Shown here in pieces: positions 24,533 through 32,000 of a stretch of 32,000 bases of DNA. The position numbers were made by a program, and so were the translations under genes. Below the pieces are notes generated by a model. That model was not told where the DNA came from, ran no database searches, and saw only the letters and a program-made list of their open reading frames with translations. This DNA comes from Candidatus Scalindua sediminis (GTDB lineage: Bacteria; Planctomycetota; Brocadiia; Brocadiales; Scalinduaceae), in the NCBI GenBank assembly GCA_008636105.1, contig VSDH01000001.1:195068-227067 (forward strand). The letters are read 5' to 3'. Every line of letters starts with the position of its first letter. Within the stretch, counting starts at the first letter, position 1.

Positions 24533-27154
24533 ATGGAATACCAATTCACCAGTCCTGACTTTCTGAAACTTTTATATATATTGCCTGCTTTTTGGGTAAC
24601 GGCGATTATGGGGTTTCGTCGTTTATCATTCCTGAGGATTCTTCTTTCAATATTTCTACGTACTTTTGTGTTTCTTCTTGTGGTTTTTGTCCTGGCAGGA
24701 TTTAGCTGGAATGAAAAATCAAAGAATGAAATTAGTGCGGTATTTTTACTGGATATGTCGGGTAGTATCAACCAGGAAGGTAAGAAGTGGATGTGGGACT
24801 ATGTAAGAGATGTAGAAAAAAACCTGGATAAAAAAACTAAAAAAGGGTTAGTAGTTTTTGGCGGTGAATCCAAAGTTGTTACCCCAACACTCGTAGAAGA
24901 TTTAAAATTGGATGACATACATGAAAAAATTACAGATTCAAACATCAACCCCGATAGAACCGATGTCGCAAGTGGGATAATAGCTACCCTTGGTATCATA
25001 CCAGAAGACTCTTCAAAAATAGTCATTCTTCTTTCGGATGGAAATGAAAACTTAGGGGACGCCTTAAAGTCTGCTACAATGGCAGCAAAAAATGATGTCA
25101 AGATTTTTGTAGCAGCACCTCCCGACAGTAAAGAAAACGAAATCTTAGTAAAGAAAATCACTGTTCCAAAAGAAGTCAATGAGGGCGAAATGTTTAATGT
25201 AAAAGTAGTAATTGAAAATAAAAACGATAAAGCAATCGGAGGTAATTTAAAACTCTATCAAAGAGATAACCTTTTAAAAGAGTGGGATACCGAGTTTAGG
25301 AGTGGGATAAGTGTATTTGAAGTTCCGTATAAAAGTGAAGAAAAAGGGTTTGTTAAATTTGTGACAAATTTAAACGTTAAAGATACTGCTTCTGATAAGG
25401 ACGAAAGTAATAATAGTAAAACTACATTCGTAAATGTATCGGGAAAAGCAAGGATATTATATGTAAATGGAGCCAAACTACAAAGGACGTTTTTGCCCGA
25501 AGCGTTAAAAGATAAAACAATTACCGTTGATATTAAAAATCCAGACCAAATACCAAGGTCCTTACAAGAATATCTAAAATACGACTGCTTGATTTTTTCT
25601 AATGTCTCAAAAGATTTTTTGGACAATGAACAAATGAATCTAATCAAAAAGTACGTAAAAGATTTTGGTGGTGGTTTTGTCATGACGTCCGGCAACAACA
25701 TTTATGCCAAAGATGGATACTCAAATACAGCAATAGAAGAAATCCTGCCAGTTAAGATAATAGGTGGCGAACCACCAAAAAAGGAAAAGCGTACAAGACT
25801 CTCTCTAATCTTAATAATTGACAAATCAGGAAGTATGCTTGGAAAGAAGATGCTATTTGCCAAAAAGGCATCGATAGAATTAATCAAACAGCTAGAAGAA
25901 AATGATAAGTTTGGTATTGTGGCGTTTGATACCAGACCATATTCTATCGTTGACCTTAAACCTGTTGGAGAAGTTAAAAAAGAGATTATAAGAAAACTCA
26001 GCATGTTAAATGCAGATGGTGGGACAGATATATTTCCTGCCATGGGTATTGCTTATGACCAACTTGTAAAAAGTGGAGCAAAGAAAACCCATGTTATTTT
26101 ACTTTCTGATGGAAACACAAGGTCTGTATATTACTACTATAATGCATTAATGAGTAGATTTCAGCAAGCAAATATAACGGTTTCAACTGTTGCTCTTGGC
26201 TCATGGCTCGTTAATACAAAACTACTGAAAGATATAGCAAAGAAGACTAAGGGTCAGTTTTATCAAATAACAGATATAATAAAATTACCAAGATTAGTAA
26301 TACAGGATTCAGATATATTTGTATCACAATCAGACTTTCACGAAGAACATTTCTATCCAAGAATCAACCAGAAAAGCCAGATATTGAAGGGTATTTATGA
26401 AAAGCAATTCCCACCACTTAAAGGATACACCATAACCGAGGCGAAGGAAAAGGCTGAGGTTCCTCTAGTAACAGACATTATGGGGAAAACAGACCCCATC
26501 CTGGCAAATTGGAGATACGGCCTTGGCAAGGTAGTAATTTATACACCGGATGCAGATGCAAGATGGTCATCAAAGTGGATTAATTGGTTGAAATTTAACA
26601 AGTTCTGGTCTCAAGTTGTGCGCTGGTCTATGAAAGACATATCAAAAACCGATTATAATTTAAAGGTACAAGTAGAAAATAATACAGTTTCTCTATTAAT
26701 AGAATCATCCACAAGATTTGAAGATGACACGAAATTGAAGATTAGCTTATTGACACCCGAACTTGATAACGATAGCCAGGAACTTATACTAAAGCAAATT
26801 GCACCACAAAGATTTACTGCGGAATTAAGAGACATAAATCCAGGCGCTTATACTGTAAAAATATCAAGGATAAAGGACGAAAAAGTTGTAGATTTAAAGA
26901 CAAAGGGACTAATAGTCCCGGGGAGTACAATTGCAAAACCACTTGAGTATTCAGATCATGGTAACAATGTTTCTCTCCTTAAGAACATTGCAGAAATTAC
27001 AGGTGGAAAATATAATCCAAGCAAGGAGGAAATGGTAGTAGAGGAAAAAGAAACTACCAGGACCAGAGATCTTGCAAGTTACCTGATCCCCATGGCAATG
27101 GTCTTATTCATCTTCGACATCGCAATAAGGAAGTTTAATAGACAAAATGTATAA
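24533..27154 (+). CDS. large double-VWA domain membrane protein (BatA_N-like N-terminus)
   Basis: 873 aa with two MIDAS-type motifs (VFLLDMSGSIN and LILIIDKSGSMLG). An intervening region resembles a GATase1-like/DUF1355-type module (ARILYVNG...YDCLIFSNV). There is a C-terminal TM. Confidence 0.82.
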   Translation: MEYQFTSPDFLKLLYILPAFWVTAIMGFRRLSFLRILLSIFLRTFVFLLVVFVLAGFSWNEKSKNEISAVFLLDMSGSINQEGKKWMWDYVRDVEKNLDKKTKKGLVVFGGESKVVTPTLVEDLKLDDIHEKITDSNINPDRTDVASGIIATLGIIPEDSSKIVILLSDGNENLGDALKSATMAAKNDVKIFVAAPPDSKENEILVKKITVPKEVNEGEMFNVKVVIENKNDKAIGGNLKLYQRDNLLKEWDTEFRSGISVFEVPYKSEEKGFVKFVTNLNVKDTASDKDESNNSKTTFVNVSGKARILYVNGAKLQRTFLPEALKDKTITVDIKNPDQIPRSLQEYLKYDCLIFSNVSKDFLDNEQMNLIKKYVKDFGGGFVMTSGNNIYAKDGYSNTAIEEILPVKIIGGEPPKKEKRTRLSLILIIDKSGSMLGKKMLFAKKASIELIKQLEENDKFGIVAFDTRPYSIVDLKPVGEVKKEIIRKLSMLNADGGTDIFPAMGIAYDQLVKSGAKKTHVILLSDGNTRSVYYYYNALMSRFQQANITVSTVALGSWLVNTKLLKDIAKKTKGQFYQITDIIKLPRLVIQDSDIFVSQSDFHEEHFYPRINQKSQILKGIYEKQFPPLKGYTITEAKEKAEVPLVTDIMGKTDPILANWRYGLGKVVIYTPDADARWSSKWINWLKFNKFWSQVVRWSMKDISKTDYNLKVQVENNTVSLLIESSTRFEDDTKLKISLLTPELDNDSQELILKQIAPQRFTAELRDINPGAYTVKISRIKDEKVVDLKTKGLIVPGSTIAKPLEYSDHGNNVSLLKNIAEITGGKYNPSKEEMVVEEKETTRTRDLASYLIPMAMVLFIFDIAIRKFNRQNV

Positions 27155-27169
27155 TATTGGAGTGTTTAA

Positions 27170-28027
27170 ATGAAAATTGAAAATAGTGCTATAAGACTTT
27201 ATTTTCGTTTTTTAATAATAACTGTATCTTTGGGTATCTTTATCTCGCCTGCCCTTGCTCAATCAATCTTTTCCGGATTGATTTTGTCAGAAAAAAAAGA
27301 CGGGTTAAACATTGTTGACGTTCAAAAAGGAAGCCCCGGTTTTGATGCAGGATTAAGAATAAGTGATATAATCCTTGAAATAGACGGTAAAAAAATAGAA
27401 TCCTTAAACGATTATATAAGGATATCAAGAGAGTTAAGAGGTAAAAGGGTTGAGGCCACTTTAACAGTACTCAGGAAAGGTGTTCTTTACGAAGCTGTTA
27501 TTAGAATTTATAGTATTCCAGTTTATCAGCATTGGAACCAGAAAGTTACTAAACCAAAAGAACTTCCGCGGGGTTTAATAAATTCACCATACGAATATTG
27601 GGTTGGTAAAGGAAATAGGGCTTTAAAAAAATCAGAAAGAACAGCCCCATTTAAATCAAAGGCAGAAACTTACAACGAAGCCATAAACTATCTTTACTAT
27701 GGACTACATTATCAACCAGAATCAATAGATACAGCCCTCCAGATTGCCAAATCATACCATGAGCTTGGTAGCCTTTATTTGAACAAAGGAAATATAAAAG
27801 ATGGCATGAAAAATTATAAAAATTCCATTAAACTCTATACTAATTGCCTTAAAAAAACGCAGAAAGAAGATTATCTAAAACTCATCCTAGAAAACCTTCA
27901 AGAAATAGAGAAAGGATTGAGTAAGATAGATGTGGATAAGGTAAAACTATTCTCAGAAACAAAGAAGGAGCGAAACAATTCGCTAAAGAAAGACACGAAA
28001 CACCATATGACAATAATGGCTAACTAG
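27170..28027 (+). CDS. secreted PDZ-domain protein with TPR-like C-terminus
   Basis: Signal peptide (...ISPALAQS), PDZ core GLNIVDVQKGSPGFDAGLRISDIILEIDGKKI, and a helical-repeat-like tail (AKSYHELGSLYLNKGNIKDGMKNYKNSIKLY). Confidence 0.75.
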   Translation: MKIENSAIRLYFRFLIITVSLGIFISPALAQSIFSGLILSEKKDGLNIVDVQKGSPGFDAGLRISDIILEIDGKKIESLNDYIRISRELRGKRVEATLTVLRKGVLYEAVIRIYSIPVYQHWNQKVTKPKELPRGLINSPYEYWVGKGNRALKKSERTAPFKSKAETYNEAINYLYYGLHYQPESIDTALQIAKSYHELGSLYLNKGNIKDGMKNYKNSIKLYTNCLKKTQKEDYLKLILENLQEIEKGLSKIDVDKVKLFSETKKERNNSLKKDTKHHMTIMAN

Positions 28028-28198
28028 AAAACAAAGTAATAAAAAAGACAATAAATCGGAGAAAGAATGGGCCAAGTAGCAAATTCGAGGTTTACGCCGT
28101 TGGAGAAAATCACTGATAAAATCGGTAGTAAAAACAGGACAAATGTTGATTGCTGTTTAATACCGCCATCAGCATATCCCGTTAGAGAAAGATTTCTA

Positions 28199-29221
28199 AT
28201 GATGTTTATCTGTATACCCATAATAGTATCTTTAATGATTACTATGGGTTGTTATACTACAGACACCTCGCAAACTCCATATAAAAAGGAATACTCAAAG
28301 TACATAAATGATATGGCTATTTTATTTTATGCCGAGAACCCGGAAATGGACGTAAACATTAGAAATGATGAAATGTTTATTTCAAGACTGGTTGCAGGCC
28401 CGGTGATTATATCACAATTATTTATGCTATTAGCTCATAATTCTGCAAATCTAGAGGACAATATAGCCCTTAACGAGATAATATTTGATTTGAACATTGG
28501 TGAAGTGTTGTGTGAGAAACTAAATACCAAATTTCAACTGTGTTCCTATTTCCATGTTGTACCACAGAAAAATGTTACGAAAAACAAAGTCGTCTGGAAA
28601 CTAATGGAGAAGAAAGATAAAGATCCCAAAGACTATGAGAAGATAGGCAATGAACTAGAAGTTGATACAATACTTGAAATCGGCATAATATCATATGGTA
28701 TAAAAGACCCTGGAATTTTCTCTGATCCGTATGCCTTTCTCAAGATCGATGCGAAGATGACCACTGCATCAGAAGGAACGGTTATATGGAGAGACATTGT
28801 TCAGGCGAAGACGGCGGTAGGGATGAAAACGCAAGATTTTCTTGATTTTGTATATACAGTTCCAGATTTTCTTAAGAAACAGCTGGAAGAGGTTACAGAC
28901 GTTGTCTCAGAAAGGTGTATTGAAAAATTAGGTTTTGATACAAACTATACTTATCTGTTGGAAGAAGACTACATAAAGAAAACCGAACACAAGATAAATA
29001 TTGCTGAGAAACTTAATAAACTTAATGATTTGCGACACGAAGGCCTTATCACAGATATAGATTATGACGAAAAAAAACTAGACTTAATTAACAGGGCGAA
29101 AAGTAGAAAAAACATTCGCCACGAAAATACACAGATTACGGCTGTAAATGATGAGAATAAGCAAGTTATAGTAGAAGAAAAAAATAAGTCTAAACTCCCT
29201 CCTTTACCAAGGAGGTACTAA
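28199..29221 (+). CDS. putative lipoprotein with C-terminal SHOCT-like motif
   Basis: I prefer the ATG at 28199 (MMFICIPIIVSLMITMGC, a lipobox-like signal) over the track start at 28067. The C-terminal KLNKLNDLRHEGLITDIDYDEKKLDLI resembles a SHOCT domain. Confidence 0.6.
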   Translation: MMFICIPIIVSLMITMGCYTTDTSQTPYKKEYSKYINDMAILFYAENPEMDVNIRNDEMFISRLVAGPVIISQLFMLLAHNSANLEDNIALNEIIFDLNIGEVLCEKLNTKFQLCSYFHVVPQKNVTKNKVVWKLMEKKDKDPKDYEKIGNELEVDTILEIGIISYGIKDPGIFSDPYAFLKIDAKMTTASEGTVIWRDIVQAKTAVGMKTQDFLDFVYTVPDFLKKQLEEVTDVVSERCIEKLGFDTNYTYLLEEDYIKKTEHKINIAEKLNKLNDLRHEGLITDIDYDEKKLDLINRAKSRKNIRHENTQITAVNDENKQVIVEEKNKSKLPPLPRRY

Positions 29222-29247
29222 TTAAGATCTTTTAAATTATATAACAT

Positions 29248-29375
29248 CTAAATTGAGAGATTTTATATTATATGCCATTGTAGCCGCTGGCTTTAGCCTG
29301 CGTTTCTCATCATTTGATGGATCCACGTAAGTTACGCAACCTCAAGGTTGCGGCTACAAAATCGCTCAATTTAGA
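29248..29375 (+). mobile_element. MITE-like element, copy B (128 bp)
   Basis: TIRs are CTAAATTGAGAGATTT and AAATCGCTCAATTTAG(A). Identical 6-mers TAACAT flank it at 29242-29247 and 29376-29381. Internal GTAG-REPs lie at 29280-29302 (+) and 29335-29357 (-). It has a ~10-bp internal deletion relative to copy C. Confidence 0.85.
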
Positions 29376-29450
29376 TAACATTAAGGTTAAAGACTAAAAT
29401 CTCTACTTTATATCTTGTTCATTTGTTTACCACAGCAGACCAGGTCACAC

Positions 29451-29675
29451 TCAAATTCCAATAACCTGTACCTTTAAACCGCACCCATCATCAAACGTGC
29501 AGCCATAGGTGTCTCCCTTTTCTTTCTCCTCCGCACCTGTAGCAATGGTCATTTGCTCACCACAGCATTTCATATCGCAATCAACCTCACCACATACGTC
29601 AACCGCCTTTACCTTTATTGCACATCCTCCCTCAAAACTACATTCTAGGAGGTCTCCATTTTTAAGTGCTGGCAT
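29451..29675 (-). CDS. small cysteine-rich protein, desulforedoxin-like motif
   Basis: 74 aa with AGGAG 7 nt upstream of the ATG and 10 Cys. There is an internal repeat: GDLLECSFEGGCAIKVKAV and GDTYGCTFDDGCGLKVQVI. The central KCCGEQM recalls the desulforedoxin VCCGEDM. Confidence 0.68.
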   Translation of the reverse strand: MPALKNGDLLECSFEGGCAIKVKAVDVCGEVDCDMKCCGEQMTIATGAEEKEKGDTYGCTFDDGCGLKVQVIGI

Positions 29676-29856
29676 TTTATTACTCCTTTCTAAGTATTAC
29701 CGGCCTAAATTATCTTTTTATAATGACTGCTCAATATCTTATGGAAAACAGATTCACTCGCAAAGCTGCAGGGACGCTAAACAAAAATATTTGATGCCAA
29801 ACCTTTGTAAGCTTTACATCTTTGTAAGAATTCGTATTTTATTGAATATCTATTAC

Positions 29857-29995
29857 CTAAATTGAGCGATTTTATACCTTATATTATAGTAGCCGCAGGC
29901 TTTAGCCTGCGTTTCTCATCATCTAATGGGTATATGATAATCTCACGTAAGTTACGCAACCTGAAGGTTGCGGCTACACAAATCGTCAATTTAGG
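29857..29995 (+). mobile_element. MITE-like element, copy C (139 bp)
   Basis: TIRs are CTAAATTGAGCGATTT and AAATCG-TCAATTTAGG (one base missing). Identical 6-mers TATTAC flank it at 29851-29856 and 29996-30001. Internal GTAG-REPs lie at 29889-29911 (+) and 29955-29977 (-). Confidence 0.85.
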
Positions 29996-30029
29996 TATTA
30001 CTATATTATTTATATAATATCATAATTGT

Positions 30030-30095
30030 TTGTCAATGACTTAAATCTAAATTACAATTATTCAAATTGACAATACCTTTATAATGTACTATAAA
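30030..30095 (+). promoter_or_regulatory. two tandem sigma70-like promoter candidates upstream of the acyl-ACP/CoA synthetase gene
   Basis: TTGTCA (30030-35), 17 nt, TACAAT (30053-58). TTGACA (30067-72), 17 nt, TATAAA (30090-95). The second would place the transcription start about 3-5 nt before the ATG at 30106. Confidence 0.35.
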
Positions 30096-30105
30096 AATGT
30101 AAATT

Positions 30106-31635
30106 ATGATTTTAGAAAGTTTTATTAAGACTGCGAAAAAGAATTTTAATAAAATTGTCCTCGAGGACTCTACCGGGATGTCCCTTACCTTTGGGCAGAC
30201 ACTTACTGCCAGCATTTTACTGTCAAAGCAAATTCGAAACTTTGACGGTGAAAATATAGCCCTTTTGTTTCCCGCCTCCGTGGGTGGTGCATTGGCCTAT
30301 ATTGCGGCCGCTTTTGCCGGTAAAGTTCCTGTTGGCCTGAATTTTCTCGCAGGTAAAGAAGAACAGGATTGGGTAATGGATATCTGTGATATTAGGACAA
30401 TCTTTACTTCCAGAAGATTCATTCATAAGGCGGAAATTCCAGAAGACTCCAGAATGATTTTTATTGAAGATCTAGAGGATAAGACTTCAAAGCTACAGAA
30501 AATATTTACATATTTATCCTGTAAGATTAAGTCAAGACACTTCCTGATTCAAGAATTTAAAGAACATGATGCCCCTGATAAAACAGCCATTATACTCTTC
30601 ACCTCAGGTTCGGAATCTCGCCCAAAGGGTGTTCCTCTGACAAACAATAATATTTATGCAAGCGTTCAGAACTACAGTATCGTTTTTGAACCTACCACTG
30701 AAGACAAGGTTTTAGGCATTTTACCATTTTTTCATGTCTTTGGTTATGTTGCTTGTCTCTGGATGCCGTTGATAATTGGAATAGGAGTTGTTTTCCATCC
30801 TAATCCTACAGATTATGAAAGGATTGGCAAGATCGTCCAAAAATACCGAGCAACAATGCTGTTGGGAACCAGCACGCTTTATCGAGGTTTTATGAAGAGG
30901 TGGAAGAGAGAACAGGTCTCAAACGTCCGTTTGGCATTTGCAGGAGCAGAAAAGTTGAATGAAAACGTCAGAAAGAAATTCCATGAGAAACTGGGCGTAA
31001 ACATCTTTGAAGGCTATGGAGTTACCGAAAGCTGTTCATGCATTACGGTAAATTATCCGCATGACTTCTGTCATGGGAGCGTAGGAAAACCTTTACCAAA
31101 TGTTCAATGTAAGATCGTAGACCCTGAGACTTATGAAGAACTTCAATCAGGAGAAGAAGGCTTGATACTTGTCAAGGGACCAAACGTCATGAGTGAGTAT
31201 TATAAATCACCTGAACTGACAAGCCAGGCCTTTCACGATGGGTTTTATATCACCGGTGACATAGGAAAGTTCGATAAAGGATTTATGTATATTACTGACC
31301 GTTTAAAAAGATTTGCCAAGATAGGAGGGGAATCAATACCACTATCACCTATTGAAGACAAGTTATCCCATATCCTGGATGAAAATACTGATGATGAAAA
31401 AATAAAATGTGCAGTAGTGAACATCCCTCATACTCAGAAGGGAGAACAGCTCATAGTATTTGTTATAGAGAAAAATCCAGACAAACTATCAATTAACAAA
31501 AAACTGGATGACTTAGACCTGCCAAAGTTGTCACAGCCTGACCACTATGTATCGATTGATGCCATTCCTATCCTTACAACAGGGAAAGTAGACTATAAAC
31601 GTATCAAGAAAATGGCCATAGAAAAATTTACATAG
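30106..31635 (+). CDS. AMP-dependent acyl-ACP/acyl-CoA synthetase (Aas-like adenylating domain)
   Basis: 509 aa with [14 protein letters not shown] (AMP-binding core), [15 protein letters not shown] and GKVDYKRI. The N-terminal [11 protein letters not shown] resembles the Aas acyl-ACP synthetase block. Confidence 0.88.
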   Translation: MILESFIKTAKKNFNKIVLEDSTGMSLTFGQTLTASILLSKQIRNFDGENIALLFPASVGGALAYIAAAFAGKVPVGLNFLAGKEEQDWVMDICDIRTIFTSRRFIHKAEIPEDSRMIFIEDLEDKTSKLQKIFTYLSCKIKSRHFLIQEFKEHDAPDKTAIILFTSGSESRPKGVPLTNNNIYASVQNYSIVFEPTTEDKVLGILPFFHVFGYVACLWMPLIIGIGVVFHPNPTDYERIGKIVQKYRATMLLGTSTLYRGFMKRWKREQVSNVRLAFAGAEKLNENVRKKFHEKLGVNIFEGYGVTESCSCITVNYPHDFCHGSVGKPLPNVQCKIVDPETYEELQSGEEGLILVKGPNVMSEYYKSPELTSQAFHDGFYITGDIGKFDKGFMYITDRLKRFAKIGGESIPLSPIEDKLSHILDENTDDEKIKCAVVNIPHTQKGEQLIVFVIEKNPDKLSINKKLDDLDLPKLSQPDHYVSIDAIPILTTGKVDYKRIKKMAIEKFT

Positions 31636-32000
31636 TTTTCTTGACGCAACGGAAACCAACATTGTTATCTTTACCGCCTGGAACACTACAACTTCTATAA
31701 GCACATCTTAAACTATACATATGGTTTATCCACGATCCCCCACGAACTACACGATATTTCCCGACTACATACCATTCTTGACACCATTCCCAAACATTCC
31801 CCGACATGTCGTGGCAACCATAAGGACTTGCTCCTGATGGATGTGTGCCAACATTAGTAGGAGCACCTTTATTAATATCCAGTTCAAAAACGGCAAGAGT
31901 CTTATCAGGTTTTACATTTCCCCATGGATATTCCCGTCCATCTATACCTCTAGATGCTTTTCCCCATTCTTTTTCTTCTGGTAATCTCTTTCCAGCCCAT
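31628..32000 (-). CDS. FGE/SUMF1-family (formylglycine-generating-enzyme-like) protein, 3' part only
   Basis: This ORF is not in the track because no start lies in the window. The reverse strand reads ...[28 protein letters not shown]...[17 protein letters not shown]...[41 protein letters not shown], with TAA at 31628-31630. The RGGSW...R...GFRC signature is present. Confidence 0.8.
   Translation of the reverse strand, partial: WAGKRLPEEKEWGKASRGIDGREYPWGNVKPDKTLAVFELDINKGAPTNVGTHPSGASPYGCHDMSGNVWEWCQEWYVVGKYRVVRGGSWINHMYSLRCAYRSCSVPGGKDNNVGFRCVKKTM

Noticed and set aside
29248-29995. Composite transposon formed by MITE copies B and C carrying the Cys-rich gene.
   Set aside because: Each copy has its own matching 6-bp duplication (TAACAT; TATTAC). 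A composite would share one TSD at the outer ends only.

Overview
This is a 32-kb, AT-rich bacterial window with dense coding and two long co-directional gene runs. Genes at 1096-13813 are on the minus strand and genes at 14075-29221 are on the plus strand.

Contents, left to right:
1. The 3' part of a multiheme c-type cytochrome.
2. A small accessory islet: DinB-like protein, PD-(D/E)XK-like protein, an orphan HicB-like antitoxin and a muconolactone-isomerase-like protein.
3. A 9.5-kb specialised acyl-chain operon. In transcription order it encodes AcpS, a B12-binding radical SAM enzyme, an active KAS-II/FabF, an inserted REP-associated tyrosine transposase (RAYT), a FabF paralogue that has lost all three catalytic residues, a FadH/OYE-type 2,4-dienoyl reductase, a crotonase and FabG.
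4. A MATE exporter translationally coupled to a PhnP-like MBL hydrolase.
5. A glycine-zipper lipoprotein.
6. A Bat-like MoxR operon: a giant low-complexity membrane protein carrying 33-bp tandem repeats, then MoxR AAA+, DUF58, two BatA_N/VWA proteins and a PDZ/TPR protein.
7. A SHOCT lipoprotein.
8. A 74-aa cysteine-rich protein bracketed by two MITE copies.
9. An Aas-like acyl-ACP/CoA synthetase, converging on a partial FGE/SUMF1-family gene.

The intergenic DNA is full of structured repeats:
- GTAG-footed REP hairpins, including an inverted pair flanking the RAYT gene.
- Three copies of a 128-161-bp MITE-like element, each with 16-bp terminal inverted repeats and perfect 6-bp flanking duplications.
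- G5/C5 nested hairpins inside the lipid operon.

The main candidate for something new is the lipid operon. It combines a KS plus a dead-KS (CLF-like) pair with a cobalamin radical SAM enzyme and unusual reductase and hydratase paralogues. Together with the multiheme cytochrome, this suggests by inference an anammox-type Planctomycete and a ladderane or other unusual-lipid pathway whose biochemistry is unresolved.

All domain calls rest on motif recognition by eye. No database search was run. No rRNA, tRNA or CRISPR array was recognised.
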